Shown here: one piece after another, positions 45,952 to 60,500 of the stretch
Numbering within the stretch: position 1 is the stretch's first letter
Layout: every line of letters starts with the position of its first letter
Source: Azolla caroliniana
Taxonomy: Eukaryota > Plantae > Polypodiophyta
Assembly (NCBI GenBank): GCA_043228905.1
Contig: JBHGNT010000002.1
Coordinates: 20,894,001-20,958,000, forward strand
DNA: 64,000 bases
Reading direction: 5' to 3'
Position numbers and translations under genes: made by a program
The notes under the pieces: model-generated
Databases searched by the model: none
Seen by the model: only the letters and a program-made list of their open reading frames with translations
Told to the model about the DNA's origin: nothing

Positions 45952-48098
45952 TTTGCTATTCTGAGTAGCTCCCGAAGCGAGAAATCTACCCGGCTATCCA
46001 AGATTCTTTCCTCGAACACTCTTTTCAAGTCGGTTCGTTGTTCTATGTCCGAGGCGAGCTTGAATGCCGGAGTCGCCTTTTCTTTTCCCTTACCTCCGGA
46101 GTTCCAGCTTTCCGGTATCTTCGATGGCCCAGCCGCATCCTCCATGCGTCGTTGTTTCTCGTCCACATACACCTCATGCAATTGACACAGGGCGTATATG
46201 TTGTTCTTGTTGACAGGGCACTCCCATCTCGTAGCTTCCCGAACGCCTTCCGCGGTGCTTCAGATCTCGTTGAGTCGGTTTCCTCGGTGTTTTCTAGAAC
46301 TTCCGGCCAAAAAGACGTCTTTGCTCTCGATGACTCCCCGACACATATTCCCGCGGTTGTCGCATAGTTGCTTCTTGCCGCCAATTCTTCCTCGAGCACC
46401 TTCTTCATGCCGCCTTTCCGGAAGTTCGGTCGGAGTGGCTTCCGAGAGTCCATCGAATGAATCCGGTTTCCCTCGTAGTAGATGAGATCCCGCCGTAGCG
46501 CCTCCTTATGCTCGTCGCAATCCCTCCGATCGTGTTCGGCGCTATCGCACCATATGCACCATCGGTCCATATACTCGGAGCTTGTGGGGCGGTCATCCGA
46601 CTTCTTCACCATCGCGATCTTCAGATTCTCCATCTCCTTCAATAGTTGCTCCACCGTAGATGCATCAATCCCCTTCTCGGTTGTAGTCTCCCAAGCCCTC
46701 GGTTGATGGTCTTCCAATCCGGTTCTCGGTTTCGGAATCGGTTCCGAAACCCTCTTTTCCTCGTTGGCAATCCATTGCCCCCTCTTCGTGTATCGCGCGA
46801 CGATATCCCGCACGCTTTCCCATGTTTCGGTGTGGCCACTCTTCGTGGTCGTGTCCTCCAAGAGCACTCCGAGATCTTTCCGGTCCCGGGCGTCCACGGC
46901 TCGCAAGAACATGATCACCTTGTCCGGTACGAGGATAGCTTGATCTCTCGCGGACAACCTCCCGGACCGGCTTTCGAATGCCGAAAACACATCGACGACC
47001 TTCAATCCCTTGTCCGGCGTCTCCACCCAATCTTCGAATCCCCTTCGCGTCGCCTTGGAGGAATCCTCGATGGCGAACGTCCTCTTTAGCTCTTCTTCAA
47101 ACACCTCCCATGTCGGATTTTGCCGTCGTAGCCCATGGATGCTTGCTTGAAGCCCGTCGATCGCCACCCGGTTGAAGGATGTCACTTGCAGTCCTTCCGA
47201 TATTCCGCACTATAGCATCTCCGCCTTGTAGTCCCGAAGATACCGCGACACGTCTTTCCCGTTGAATTGCCCATTTCGTTGCACGAGCCGCTATCTCCGA
47301 CATCGCGTTGTCGTAGTGTATTTCGTACACTACGTGAAAAAGTAAAAATAATATAACCGATTTAATTACATATAAATAAATAAAATAAGAATATCAAAAT
47401 ATTTATCACATGCATAGGGCAAGATTCGAACCCTGTACCTCCACGTAGCCAAACCTCAACTTTACCATTATGCTACCTTATCTTTAGTGTTCTACAAATA
47501 GACTTAATAACTATAAGTGCTTTATTTGTGCCTACCTTTATTAAAAGGTAAATCATGTATTTTTAGAGTGCGTGAATATTTTATAGAAAACGCAAGCAAC
47601 TAAAAAGTGACTCATGCACATCTAGCGTGCATGAGCACTATATTTAGCAAATAAAAGCAAGGATTAGAAAAGCATCACATGCACATTTAGTGTGCGTGAA
47701 TATATTAGAAAAAGCATGTAGCTATGCTTAGTCTCTCCCATCACTATATAAGGATGGGGAGCACATTGTAGTTTTTTGTTGATTATTTTTCTATAATGAT
47801 CAATCAATCTAAAATATTCGTGGGATTCACGAATTTGCTAAAATAATTCTCTCTTACTACCTAAATATTGACTAAATATACTAAACTCGTGGGATTCACG
47901 AGATTCTTATCTTATAACTCTTTATACCTATTCTTTACTAGCCTTATTTGTATTTTTCTTCCTCCTAGTCCAAAACCTCGGCGGTTCCCACCCGATTCAC
48001 ATAACGATCCGGAGCCGAAAGGCACGACAGCGTGTTGTTCTTGTAGCATGCGCTCGAACATCATCATCATGTTGCTAGCCTCCGGTTGATTTTCCATC
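45952..48098 (-). pseudogene. gag: gag of element G, interrupted by a solo LTR and a frameshift
   Basis: MENQPEAS start after the PBS; FNGKDVSRYL; CIWCDSAEHDRRDC; homologous to the gag of C. Confidence 0.88.
47309..48029 (+). repeat. Solo LTR of a G-related subfamily, opposite in orientation to G
   Basis: TGTCGTAG...CACGACA with TSD GCGT (47305-47308 / 48030-48033); reverse-complement homolog of the G LTRs. Confidence 0.92.
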
Positions 48099-50200
48099 TC
48101 GTTGCCGCCCGGTCTTCACGTCGGGTTCACCAACTGTGTCGTGCCTTTCGGCTCCGGATCGTTGCGTGAGTCGGGTGGGAACCACCGAGGTTTTGGACTA
48201 GGAGGAAGAGGAATACAACTTAAGACTAGTTATGAATAGTAGAAAGAGAAGTAAAATAGAAATCTCATGAATCCCATGAGTTTAGTGTATTTAAAACAAT
48301 ATTTAGATTAGAAGAGTAATTTAGATGGCAAAATTCGTGAATCCCACAAATATATTAGATTGATCAATCCTTGTATATTAATCAACAACCTTATACATAT
48401 TTCTCTCCTCCTTATATAAAGATGGAAGAGGCTAAGCATGGCTTCATGCTTTTTCACCAAAAGTGTCCATGCACACTAAATGTGCATGTGATGCTTTGTC
48501 ATTTCCTAAGTATAGGGCTCATGCACGCTAGACGTGCAAAGGTATGTGTAAATAAAGGTCTTATACGTATTAAATCTATATGTATAACACTAAAGATAAG
48601 TTATTACAATGGTAAAGTTGAGGTTTATCTACGTGGAGGTGCAAGGTTCGAATCCTGCCCTATGCATGTGATAAGTATTTTGATATATTATTTATTTATT
48701 TATATGTATCTAAAATCGGATATATTATTTTATGGTTTTCACGTAGTGTGTGGAATACACTACGACACCGTGATCTTTCCCTGCCCACCATCGCATCCGG
48801 AATGACCTTCTCCTACCCAGCTTTAATGGCGAAACAAACACTGCAAGCCCCATCCGGCTATTCCTGAACGTTTGGAACGTGAATCACATGGTGCAACGAT
48901 TTCCAGAAGAGGAAGTGCACCAATATCTAAGACTTTAGCTTACGCTTCCAAAATCTGCGACGAAAATTAGAACGGGCGCCGACAGATGATGAGGCTAGGG
49001 AGACGTTTTTGGCAGCCCTGCGGCGGCCCATCAGGACGACGCTCAACACACGTAGTGTGAAAGCGGGAATAGCCGACATGGTCATCGACCGAGCATTACA
49101 GCTTGAGTCGGACAAGGAGGAAGGATTTTCTCTATCCTCATTATGACAGGCGTTGCCTCAAGACGAGGAACGCCACTTTCTTCAGGCTATCCAGTGCACG
49201 ATTTGCCTCAATTCCGGGCATTCCGCGGTGTAATGCAATATGCGAATTCACTGCCAAATTTGTCACTCAAAGGCACACACGGTCAACCAATGTGAGTACA
49301 ATATGCTGAACAAACCTACACCCACAGTATGATGCGTAGAAACACAGCGACCACCTCGCCGAAATGATCCAGGGCGCTAAGAGGAACGAGCCTGATATAC
49401 GGATCGGAATCCACATGATGACCAGCACTACCGTAATCGCCGGAATAACCACGATTCCAATGAAGAGGAGCCGGAGGAAGAAGAATATCGGGGCAACCAC
49501 CGATATAATAAAGGAGGGCGTCGTTATGACAACCACCGTTCGATGAATAAGCGTGGTGGATTGAATGGGCCGCGCTCACAAGGAGAGCATTGACAGTATC
49601 AGGACCAACGGTGTTACGACGAAAGTTCGGAGGATGACCGACGCCGGGAGTCACACAGGGACCAATCGCAAACACCTCAGAATCCAAGGAGAATGCAACA
49701 AGACCAGGAGGATCCATCGACACTTGGGGATAGGAATCCACCACCAGCTGCAGAGAAAGGAGAGTCCAGCGTACATTGTTTTGTCTGTCAACAACTCGGA
49801 CATTATGCAACTCAATGTCCACTGCGCAAGGGCAAAGGACTAGCCGTAAATACGATTACGGCAGAAGTTCAGCAGGTCACGACACGACAACAAACAAAGA
49901 ATGCGGACTGGGCTGCACAAGATGAGGTACGCAAAGCAACCCAAGCATGGGTAGAAAAAGCAAATGCGGCCAATACGATGCGTATGCGGCAAGATTTCCC
50001 AAACAAGGATGGGCCGATAGAAGAGAACATGATATCCCAGGACCCCATATGGCAAGCATTGGCGGGCTGCAAAATAACCATAACTATGGAAAAAATCCTT
50101 CAACTAGTTCCACGATTTCGGCAAACCGTCGAAGATCGCATAACAAGCAGGCCTAGTATAAACGTCAACAAATTTTGCCACAACTAGCGCCGAACCAACG

Positions 50201-53200
50201 GTGGTGGATCACCACAATCCAGCCATTAAGCTAGTACTACACTGGAAGGAAATAACAGGCTGTATAATCGACGGGGGCTCAGGCGTTCATGTGATTAGTG
50301 CAAAGATGTGTGAACAGTTAGGAATTTTGGAATGGGAAGCTTGCCCCTTTTGGCTTCGCATGGCATATACCGATCTGTCAAGCCCTTAGGGTTAATCCGG
50401 AAACTATGCATCGTCATTGGCGGTCACCACTTTGATATCTCGGTAGTAGTACTCGCACTCGACGCTCTGGGAGCGTACCCAATACTACTGGGCAAACCTT
50501 GGCTTCATTCGGCGAACATCAAACAGAGCTGGCAACATAATTGCATCAGTTTCTGACGAGGATGCAACAAAGTTCGCATACCCATAGAAGAAATAACGGC
50601 GCAACCCAAAGGAATGACACCATTGTACGCGGAAGACATAAATATGGTGGAAGGAGCTGGAAGCATACTTGGATGAGCCCCCGCGAATCATCCCACTATT
50701 CGAAATTGACGTAATAGAAACTGCGGCGGAGTACGCTACTCCCACTACACTTCACGAAGAGGCTTATGAACCAGACCCAGAGTCGATACTAGAATTAAAC
50801 CGAGCATGGGCCGCGTTCGAGAAAGAAATGGAAATTTCACGACGAGTCACTCCCTCTGCATTGGAAGAAGTTAACGTAGGAACGACAACGGATCCCCGAT
50901 TACTCTCCATCGCAAAAGACTTACCACCAGATTAGAAAGAGGCGATGTTAGCTCTACTCAAGGAATATAAAGAGGTGTTCGCGTGGTCCCACGAAGACAT
51001 GAAGGGATTAGATCTAAAATTCTACCAGCATAAGATCAATTTAGATACCGACGCAAAACCTGTTCAGCAGCGTCGATACCAAATGAATCCGAACTACGCG
51101 GCTCGCGTAAAAGAAGAAATTGACGAACCTCTCAAAGTTGGATTCATTCGACCAGTCAAACAAGCTACGTGGCTAAGCCTGATAGTCGTGGTTCCGAAGA
51201 AAAATGGAAAAATCCGCGTTTGCGTGGACTATCGGAAGTTGAATGTCGTAACCATTACAAATGTGTTTCCCTTACCTTTCACCGACAGCGTATTGGACAC
51301 AGTCGTAGGGCATGACATGTACAATTTTCTAGATGGCTTTAGTGGATACAATCAAGTACACATGCATCCTGACAACTAAGAGAAGACAATGTTTGTCACC
51401 AACTGGGGAGTTTTTGTCGTGGTAGTCATGATGTTCGGGTTAAAGACGGTGCCTGCGACATTCCAATGGACAATTACGGAATGTTTTGGGGATTATATAC
51501 CCGCCTTCATGCAAGTCTTTCTGGACGATTTTGCGGTGTATGGGATAGCAGCGGACTATCTGAGTCATTTACGACTGTGTCTGGAGCGCTGCCAGGCTGC
51601 ACGCTTAAGCTTGAATCTAGCCAAATGCACGTTCGGTGTCACAAGAGGAGCCCTCCTTGGGCACATCGTCAGCAAGGAGGGGATAGCGGTGGATCCTAAT
51701 AAAATTTCTACGATCATTCAAGCAAAAACGCCGACAACAGCCAAAGCACTCAGCCGTTTTCTAGGATAAATACGTTGGCATAGTCGGATGTTACGATATC
51801 TGGTGGATTTGGCCACGCCGTTACATGTCGTTGTCCACCTTACACCTTTCAACTGGATGGCAATGGAAGAAAAGGCGTACGATGCACTTAAAATTATGCT
51901 GACTCAAGCACTAGTTGTACAACCACTTGATTGGGGGAAACCATTTCACGTTTTTGTAGACACGCCTCAAACATAGCAATAGGTAATGCGTTGATGCAGC
52001 TCACGGAGCCGACTTGGTATAGACTAGTATATTACGCCAATAGGAAGCTATCAAAGGTGGAGCGTAACTACTCCACAATGGAACGACAAGCGTTGGGGAT
52101 GATATACATCATCAATAAATTCCAACATTATCTACTAGGGCAGAAATTTACGTTTCATGTGGACCACACGATGTTGCTATACCTGGTGGGGAAGCAGGTG
52201 CTAACATGAAAATTGGCTAGATGGATGTTGTTGCTCCAGGACTTCGACTTTGTTATACAACATCGACCGGGTACGCAACACGCCGCAGTGGATTTCTTAA
52301 GCAGGATAGATAATGGAGAAATGGTGCAGAAGGATGACGACGACTTTCCTGATGTAGACATCCTGCGGATCGCAACTATAGCGACACGTACGGAAAAATC
52401 TTTTCCAGATCATTGGTTGATGGAGATGACATTCTTTCTGACCCCAGCATTACCACCGCCGCAATTAAGGACAGACGAAAAGAAATGATTGGCCATCCAA
52501 AGTCGTAACTTCTGTTTGGTCAAAGGGGTCCTGTATCACTAAGGCAGTGTCGGAATCTGGCGACACAGAATACACCAGGATGAGAAGGAAGAGGTTTTAC
52601 TTGAAGCTCACTGTGTTATGGCAGGAGGACACTACACGAGCGATGTTACGGCTCGTAAAGTGTTGCAAGCCGGCCTATGGTGGCCGACTATGCAAAGGGA
52701 TGCGTATGAATATTGCAAACAATGCGATCTGTGTCAACAGATGGGTCAGCCCACGGAGGTCACAAGGATGCCACATCAACCAGTGTTGTCATTGGATCCA
52801 TTCCAGATATGGGAACTCGATTTCGTGGGAAAGTTTTCATCGGCAGCAGCGCGGATTGGCAATAAATATATACTCGTGGCTACTGATTATTGCACCAAGT
52901 GGGTGGAAGTGAAAGCACTACGAGAGAATACCGCGACCGTAATGACAAAATTTCTTTATGAACACATCTGGTGTCGTTTTGGCTACCCCATTGAGCTCAT
53001 CAGTGACCAAGGCAACCACTTTCTAAATTCGATCATCCGGGAGCTGATAGAACACTATGCCATTGTCCACTAGAAGAGCACGCCGTATTATCCGCAGGCG
53101 AATGGTTTAGCAAAGTCCATGAACAAAACGATACAAACCATACTAAAAAAGATCGTCAATAAGAACAAAACAGACTGGGATACCAAATTACACAACGCGT

Positions 53201-53724
53201 TATGGGCATACCAAACCAACTATAAGACCAACATACAATCCACGCCTTTTTGGCTAGCATTTGGGCCGGAGGCTGTAATGCCAGTCGAATTTTAGGTACC
53301 CAGTCTGCGGATTCAAGTACGAGACCGGCTGTCAGAAGACAAATCTGAACAAATATGGCTACAACAACTGCTCGAACTAGGCGAGACACGATTACGAAGC
53401 ATGGCCATACTGGAACAAGAGCAACGTCAGCGTAAAGCATTCGTGGACTGGCATCGAAATGCGCGTGAAAAAGATTTTGCGGTCGGGAAAGCGGTCTTAG
53501 TCTTTCAAACACGGATGGGGCAAATGCTAGGAAAATTAAGATTCCACTGGACGGGGTTGTACTGGATAGTTGGCGCGGAAAACGACATGTTTCAACTGGG
53601 CACCCTGGCCGGAGAAGTGTTACGACAAAAGGTGAATGGGTTTCGACTAAAACCCTACCTGGGACCGGTGCTTCCAAACCCGTTCCACACTGTAAACGAC
53701 ACGACCGAAGAATCTGCGGGTTAA
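50201..53724 (+). pseudogene. pol: pol (PR-RT-RH-IN) of element F, many stops and frameshifts
   Basis: IIDGGSG; CVDYRKLN; LDGFSGYNQ; FLDD; ISDQGNHF; YYPQANG. Confidence 0.9.
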
Positions 53725-54522
53725 TTAAGTAAAACGGACCCACCTATATTATAATGTAACAGTACTATTGTATGTAACCATTACGAGAGAGAAAAAGAAG
53801 AAGAAGGAGAAGATAATGACACTATTAAAAGGACTTGATACATGCACAAACTTCTAGAGCAAGAACACGCGGCACCATGATGGTTAACAAACCAATGAAC
53901 CCTGGGCCACAAAAAGAAGAATATAGCAGGTTTTCTACACAGTTCAGAAACCACTCTTCAGCCTCTAACCCTCGTCGCTCTCGTCGCTCACCTTACTCCC
54001 CATCATACCACAGAACCTAAGTTCGCCATAGCCAGCAAACCTGACCCACTAACCACGAGTATCAAACACCTACGATGCCAATCACTATTTCTGCCGCCTT
54101 GTGTTGATGGCTCCTTGAAAAGAGGCTGGATGGATACATCAAAGTCGCCAAGGCACCTGCTCACCCTAAAGCCCTGGAAATTGCTAGGAAGCTCAATATA
54201 AACATGGTCACCAACGCTACCATTTGGAAGAAGCTTTACTTATCATCACTTGGAGAAAAACATTTCAATATCCCTCCTGCAGAAACCTTGTAGAGATATT
54301 TCGAGGCATATTCGGTGTCCGCCAAAGCATATAGGATGAAGGAAATCCCCGACCCCTTCTTTCGAGAGATACCCAAGTTCCTGCTAGAGGTAGGATGTGT
54401 GCACGTAAATGCCAATGGGATGCCAAATCAGAAGGCAGGCATCATCATTGATACCTTCAAAGGGCGCGTGGTCGATTGGGGGGTAATAATGGGACAAGTG
54501 TTACGGGAAGGCCTGCACACGT

Positions 54523-57500
54523 TGTCGTGTTGTTCCGCTTTCACGTAGGAAATAAGGCGGGACTGCGAGGGCCCTAAACTGAGGAGCAAGACAGAGAAGA
54601 AGGTGGAGCGGGAGACGAGGGCAAGCGTAGGCCGGTTAGGCCCGTTTGCCACAAATGGCGCTTGCCGGCCGAAAGAACCACAAACGCGTAACTGAACAAG
54701 ATGCACGCTCGTGTAAAAGAGAGACTCACAGAAACACACAAAGGGGGAAACAAGAGTTTCGATTCCAATAACAGTAAAGGTTACAGAGTTTCAAAGATTA
54801 CAACCGGATAACCGGTGACACACCCAACCTAGACAACCACACACTCACGCGCACACAGTAGCCTTGCCGGAAGACACGCGACTTTCCTCGTAGGTGAGGC
54901 AAGCAACTCAGAACCTGCAGAAAAACGATGAAAGAGGAGGAGAGAGCTCGATTCCCAGTTCGACAACACCTCATCCTCGCCCAAAAACGCGATATACTTT
55001 CAGCCTTCTCCCTTATCTCGATCCTATGCATCCACAGCTTTGACAAACAACAAGATGCAGCCCGTGTCCACCACGGCTCTGTCTAGTGCCGAGAGCCGCG
55101 CAAAGCATTCTTTAAACTCCCAGAGAAGCGTCGACACATTCCTCCCATTTCCGGGGGTCTCCACCCAAACCATGAAATCTCACTTCGATATCCGAAGTTC
55201 GTCATCGAGCCCGTACCGTTCGAGGAGCCGCCCCTCGAACTCTTCCCAGGTCTGGTATCCGGCTGGCACCTCAAGCACCTCCGCGTGAATGCCCGGTGTT
55301 GCCAACCGAGGGAATCCGGCCAACCGCCTATCTTCCAGGATGTCCCTCATCACCATCTCGGCTTGGTAAAACACTAGATAGCTCGTGGTGTTCTTCCCAC
55401 TGAACCGGCCTATTGTGCTGACAATTGCTTCTATGGCCCTGTCGAGGGCGCCCATGCCCTCGTGAGCACTTACTATCTGATCAACTACTGCCGCCATGGC
55501 TTCGGCAAGCTCCGATCCCCTCATATTCGACTCCTCTTTTGTCTTGTTTCACGTTGGGTTCACCAAATTTAGTCGTGTTGTTCCGCTTTCACGTAGGAAA
55601 TAAGGCGGGACCGCGGGGGCCCTGAACCAAAGAGTAAGAGAGAGAAGAAGGCGGAGTGGGAGACGAGAGCAAGTGTAGGCCGGTTAGAACCAGTAACAAC
55701 GCTTGCCGTCTGAAAGAACCAGTAACGTGTAACTGAACAAGATGCACGCTCGCGTAAAAGAGAGACTCATAGAAACACAGAGAGAGGGAAACAAAAGATT
55801 CGATTCCAATAATAGTCAAGGTTACAGAGTTTCAAAGATTACAACCGGATAACCTGTGAGAGACCCAACCCAGACAACCACACACTCACGCACACAATAG
55901 CTTTGCCAAAAGGCACGCAACTTTCCTCGTAGCTGAGGCATGCAACTCAGAACCTGCAGAAAAACAATGAAAGAGGAGGAGAGAGCTCGGTTCCCAATCC
56001 GACAGCACCTCGTCCTCGCCCAAAAACGCGATATCCTTTCAGCCTTCTCCCCTTTCCTTTTATAGGCTGTCGGGGAGGGACCGTTACATCCTGGTTACAT
56101 CACTTTATTCTCTGCCCCTTCGGACAGAGATACGCGTCGATTTCCTAGCTAATAAATCTTTACTAGCTAGTATATTTACATCATCTGCCCTAATCCTAAT
56201 TATGTACTCCTTATCAATACTTGTGTACACGTGTAAGGGCCGGTTCATACACCTTCTTTACCGATTCCGCCTAAGGCCGGTTTTCTTCACGACATCCACC
56301 CCCACCAAACCGCGCATCCACCGGTATGTGCCAGAGAGGGACAAATGCTCCGAACTGGTTGTCATCGTCGTCCTTGCTTCCCGGGTCCAGCTCGTCTTCA
56401 TGCCACTTCATGAAAGCCTTGATCCTCTTCCCGGCTATTGGCACCACTATCCACGTCCCGTCGAGCTCCACAAGGTGGTATGTACCGTTGTCATTTGTGC
56501 TTGTTATGGTGTAGGGCCCGAAGCACCTCCTTGCAAACTTCCGCATCGCCTTGCACTGGTTGTCGAGGCTATTGTCGTAAACCAACACCCAGTTGCCATC
56601 CTCGATCTTCTTCGGTCTTAACCGGTGTGTTCGGTCAAACTGGCCCTTGTTCCTTGCCCTCGCCGCGTGTAGCTTTGCCTTAGCCCATTGCATGTCCTCC
56701 GGTCTTTGCTCGAGTTGTCGAATCCGCGCAGTCAACAGCTCCTCCCGGCTCATCTCGTCCTTCCAGTCCACCACGGCCCAGGAAGAAATCGTCCCCTCCA
56801 CCGGCATGATCGGCTTCTGCCCGTACATCAGCTCCGTCGGCACTATGCCCATAGTTCGGTCACCGAACTGTGCGTAGTTCGGTCCGCCCATAGTGCGTAA
56901 GGTAGGAGTCAAGGCCAACTCCCGACTTGACCTTCACACGCGCATACTAATGCCTTCACAATCGGCCTGTGCCCGCACTCTACCTTCCTGTTAGCCTCCA
57001 GGTTGTACGCTGTAGTGAGGGAGAGCTTAACCCCTAATCGGTCGAACAACTCTACGGCTTCCTGCGCATCCAGCTCTCCCCAGTCAGCTGCTATCTTTCC
57101 TACGCACCTGTACCAGCATACCACCTCTTCGATCAGGAACCGGCACACGACTACGGTTGTCTTGTTCTGTATGGCGCGGCCCTCCACCTGATTCGTCAAG
57201 TCTTCCCGCACAAGCACAAGGTACTGCATTTGCCCTACCCCCATCGGCTTCGTAACTAAGTCTACCATCCACTTGAAATGAATGGTCGGCGGGTAGGTTG
57301 GGTGCAGTTGGTCTCGATGTCGGATCACGGAGTGCATCTGACAGCTTTCACATGTTGTGACGAATCGGTGCACATCCTGATACAACCCTGGCCACAAATA
57401 CTTCTCCTTTAGCTTCTCCGACGTGGGCCATGTCCCGTGATTTTCGGGCTAGAGACTCTCGTGGTACACCGCTAGCAACCCCTGTCGCTTTGCCTTTCCT

Positions 57501-60500
57501 GCCACTACGCGGAGCGGGACGCCGCCTCGTTTCTTCGGGTGCCTCCATATGCTCCCGTCCTGCAGAAAGAAACGATACGCCTTCTTCCGCATCTGGCTAG
57601 CCTCTTCCCTCGTCCATGCCGCGTCCGACGCCATTGTTTTCAGGAACTTGCCGATCTGGAGCCACTACCCGTCGTACACCCCTTGGTTGAACTCGTTAAG
57701 CGCTGGAGTGCTCCCCGCCCTTGTCGTCATGTATGCCGACTTCTTCTTCCTCCAAAACCATGCCGTTCTCATCGTCGAACCGTGCTATAGAAAGAATGTC
57801 GGCCATGGCATGTCTTTACTGGAGATGTGCCGTATCTCCGGGTTCAGAGACTTAATGTACGCGATCCACCCGAGCATTCCTAGGTCCGGCGTTGTGCATC
57901 TAGAGAGCATACCAAGGATCGGTAGGCAGTCCGTCTCGATTATTTCCTCCGTCTCGATCAAATAGTCTTTATTGACCTTGACTGCCGAAACGATACCCCA
58001 GAGTTCACGTTTCACTTGGGCGTATCTTTGTTGTCGCTCACTTAGCAGCTTCGCTCCGAACAGGATGGGGAACCTCATGCCGGTTTCGTCCTCCTGGTTG
58101 ACCACCCATCCTATCCCGGTCGGGCTTGTCTCTACCGTAACGTAAATCGGGACATCCTTGTCGTAAACTGCTTTCCGGAGTGCCGATGCCACTGTTAGTG
58201 CACCCTTAGGTCTACAAACTGACTCTGCATGCTCCTCGCCCTACTCGAATTTATGCCTCTTCTTCAGCAACCCGTAGAGCAGCTCCGTGACGTGTGCGTA
58301 ATGCGGGATCTAGATATGGTAGAACACACACGCTCCCAAGAACCTCCGCACCTCCGTAACTGACTTGCATTCCTCCTTCATTACGGAGATGGCCTCTACC
58401 GTCGCGGGAGACGGTTTCCGGCTGTAAAGCCCGCACAAGTGTCCGACCACTAGGTTCTTCGGCTGCCCGAAAGCCGATTTCTCTCCGGAGAAGGTGAGCC
58501 GCGCGTCCTGAAGTCTTTGAAGCACCTTCTCGCAGTCGTTGATGTGGTCCACTAAGAATCTTCGGCAACCATCCAGCCCAACTGACTCATCCTTCTCTTC
58601 CATCGGCCACCCTTTTATCGGGATGTTATCCAGGAATGGCATGGTGATGTCCGGGATGCAATCCCTCAACACGTTATTCATTGCATTCACCATGTGCACC
58701 ACCGAGTTGGTCCCTCCTTGCAGCAGGGTACACATCTGCACTAAACCGAGCGGAGTTTGGATTGTCGTAATGTCCCTGCTCTCCATGTCTAGTTGGAACT
58801 TATCGTACCCCGAGTACACATCCCCGATCGAGTAGATTGACATTCCGGCGAAGGTCTCTGCGAACTCGTCAATGGTCGGTCTGATACTTGCGTTCCGGAT
58901 GGTCACCTTGTTGACCGGCTGCAGGTCCTGAATGAAGCGCAACGTGTTGTTCTTCTTCGGCACAATAAACCACCGATTCGAATATGGGGCACTCAATGGC
59001 TCGAGGATGCCCATCTCCACCTTCTGCTTCAACAGCTCCATCAACCTTGGGATGTGAGCTCTGGGTACCGCATTCGGCTTGAGATGCCACGACAAATGCG
59101 GTACTGTGAAGATCACCATTGGATCCATGATCGTCGGGTCTACGCACCTGATCTCCCCCGGTACGAATGCAAAGGCTCTCCCATGCCTTCCAAGCATTCT
59201 TCGAAACCGGTTCTCCTCCGTCGGCAGTAGAAAAGCCACCCCCACTAACCTTGAGCTCCCGCAGCGTTATGTCGGTGAACTGGTCTCCTATGTTGGCCGG
59301 ATTCCTAAACTTGGGTCCGACGCGACCCCCTTTTTCCGCTCCCCGCTGCCCTCCGGCAAGGGAGCCGCGACTGACCTCACCTTCCGGTTCACAGTCTTGT
59401 ACTTTGCATCTACGCAGGACGTTCAATCTGGCCTGACCCTTTCCCTGAAGTCGGCAATGACTTTGTACATCCCCACCGAGTTGACCGGAATCACTCGGTC
59501 TTCATTGAGGCCTTCATCGATCACCTTTTGCATTTCCCCCTAGGTGTCGTCGAAAGAGACCACCTCCATGGCGTTGCTAATTTCTTCGTCGGGGCGGAGG
59601 ACTCCGCACTCTCTAAAACATTCATCGGCCCTCTTCCTCTCCTGGCCACCAATGCCGCCTATCGTACAACCTCCATTGTCAAAGACCCAAAACTTCCTAC
59701 CTATAGTACACTTGTGGGGTTTTTCCGGAGTGTCTGGATTATCACGGCCCCACGCCTTGATAGCCCTCTCTAAAAATCCCCTCGGCTGTCGCCGCCGAGG
59801 GTGTCGCGGTTACGCTCATGGTTCGGTCGCACTGTCAGAAATTAGATTGAGTGCCACCCATCTTGGCTTTTCACTCGTGCGTACATTGAACCGTTATCCA
59901 ACACCTTTGTCTCCATGCGTGCCACTGTAATGTACGGTTCGATGAGTATCACCGGATACGAGGATGTCTCCTGCACGAAGAAGTGCTAATCAATCTCAAC
60001 ATCGCCAATTTTTACATGTACATTCAGGCAGGCCCCGTGCAACTCTTCCATGGCACGTGTTGCCACGTGTATCTCCACCCGTGCTTGGTGTTGATCGGCC
60101 ACTTCCCCTTCTTATAGAAGTTCATAGACATCAGGTTGATCTCCAACACGTGGTCCATCAACACCACTACCGGCTCCTGGATGTCCCCGACCCGAATGGG
60201 GGTTTCCGTAGTAACCCTTGTCCACTGAAGTTCGAATAGTGGCTCTCTGCCAACTCCTCTTCCAGGGCCACGTCCTCCAGGTGTGTCGTTCGAACTTCCG
60301 CCGGCTTCTCTGGCTCCGGCTCCGTCGAGAGCCGTTTACGCTTCACCAAGTCCACAATGGAATCGTGGAACTCTCTCTTGACGATCCCAAGCACCTCCCT
60401 CAGTGACAACTCCACTTTGCTGTCGAGAATCCGCTCCTCAAGGACCTTCCGCAGGTCTGTCATTCTTTCGATTTCGGTGCCCAGCCGGTAACTGGTCGGC

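Larger units (their letters stand above)
31936..48767 (-). mobile_element. Full-length Gypsy element G (tRNA-Trp primed) carrying two later insertions
   Basis: LTRs 31936-32639 and 48137-48767 (differing by a ~73-bp indel and few substitutions), TSD CCGT (31932-31935 / 48768-48771), PBS 48116-48132, PPT 32640-32651. Confidence 0.95.
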
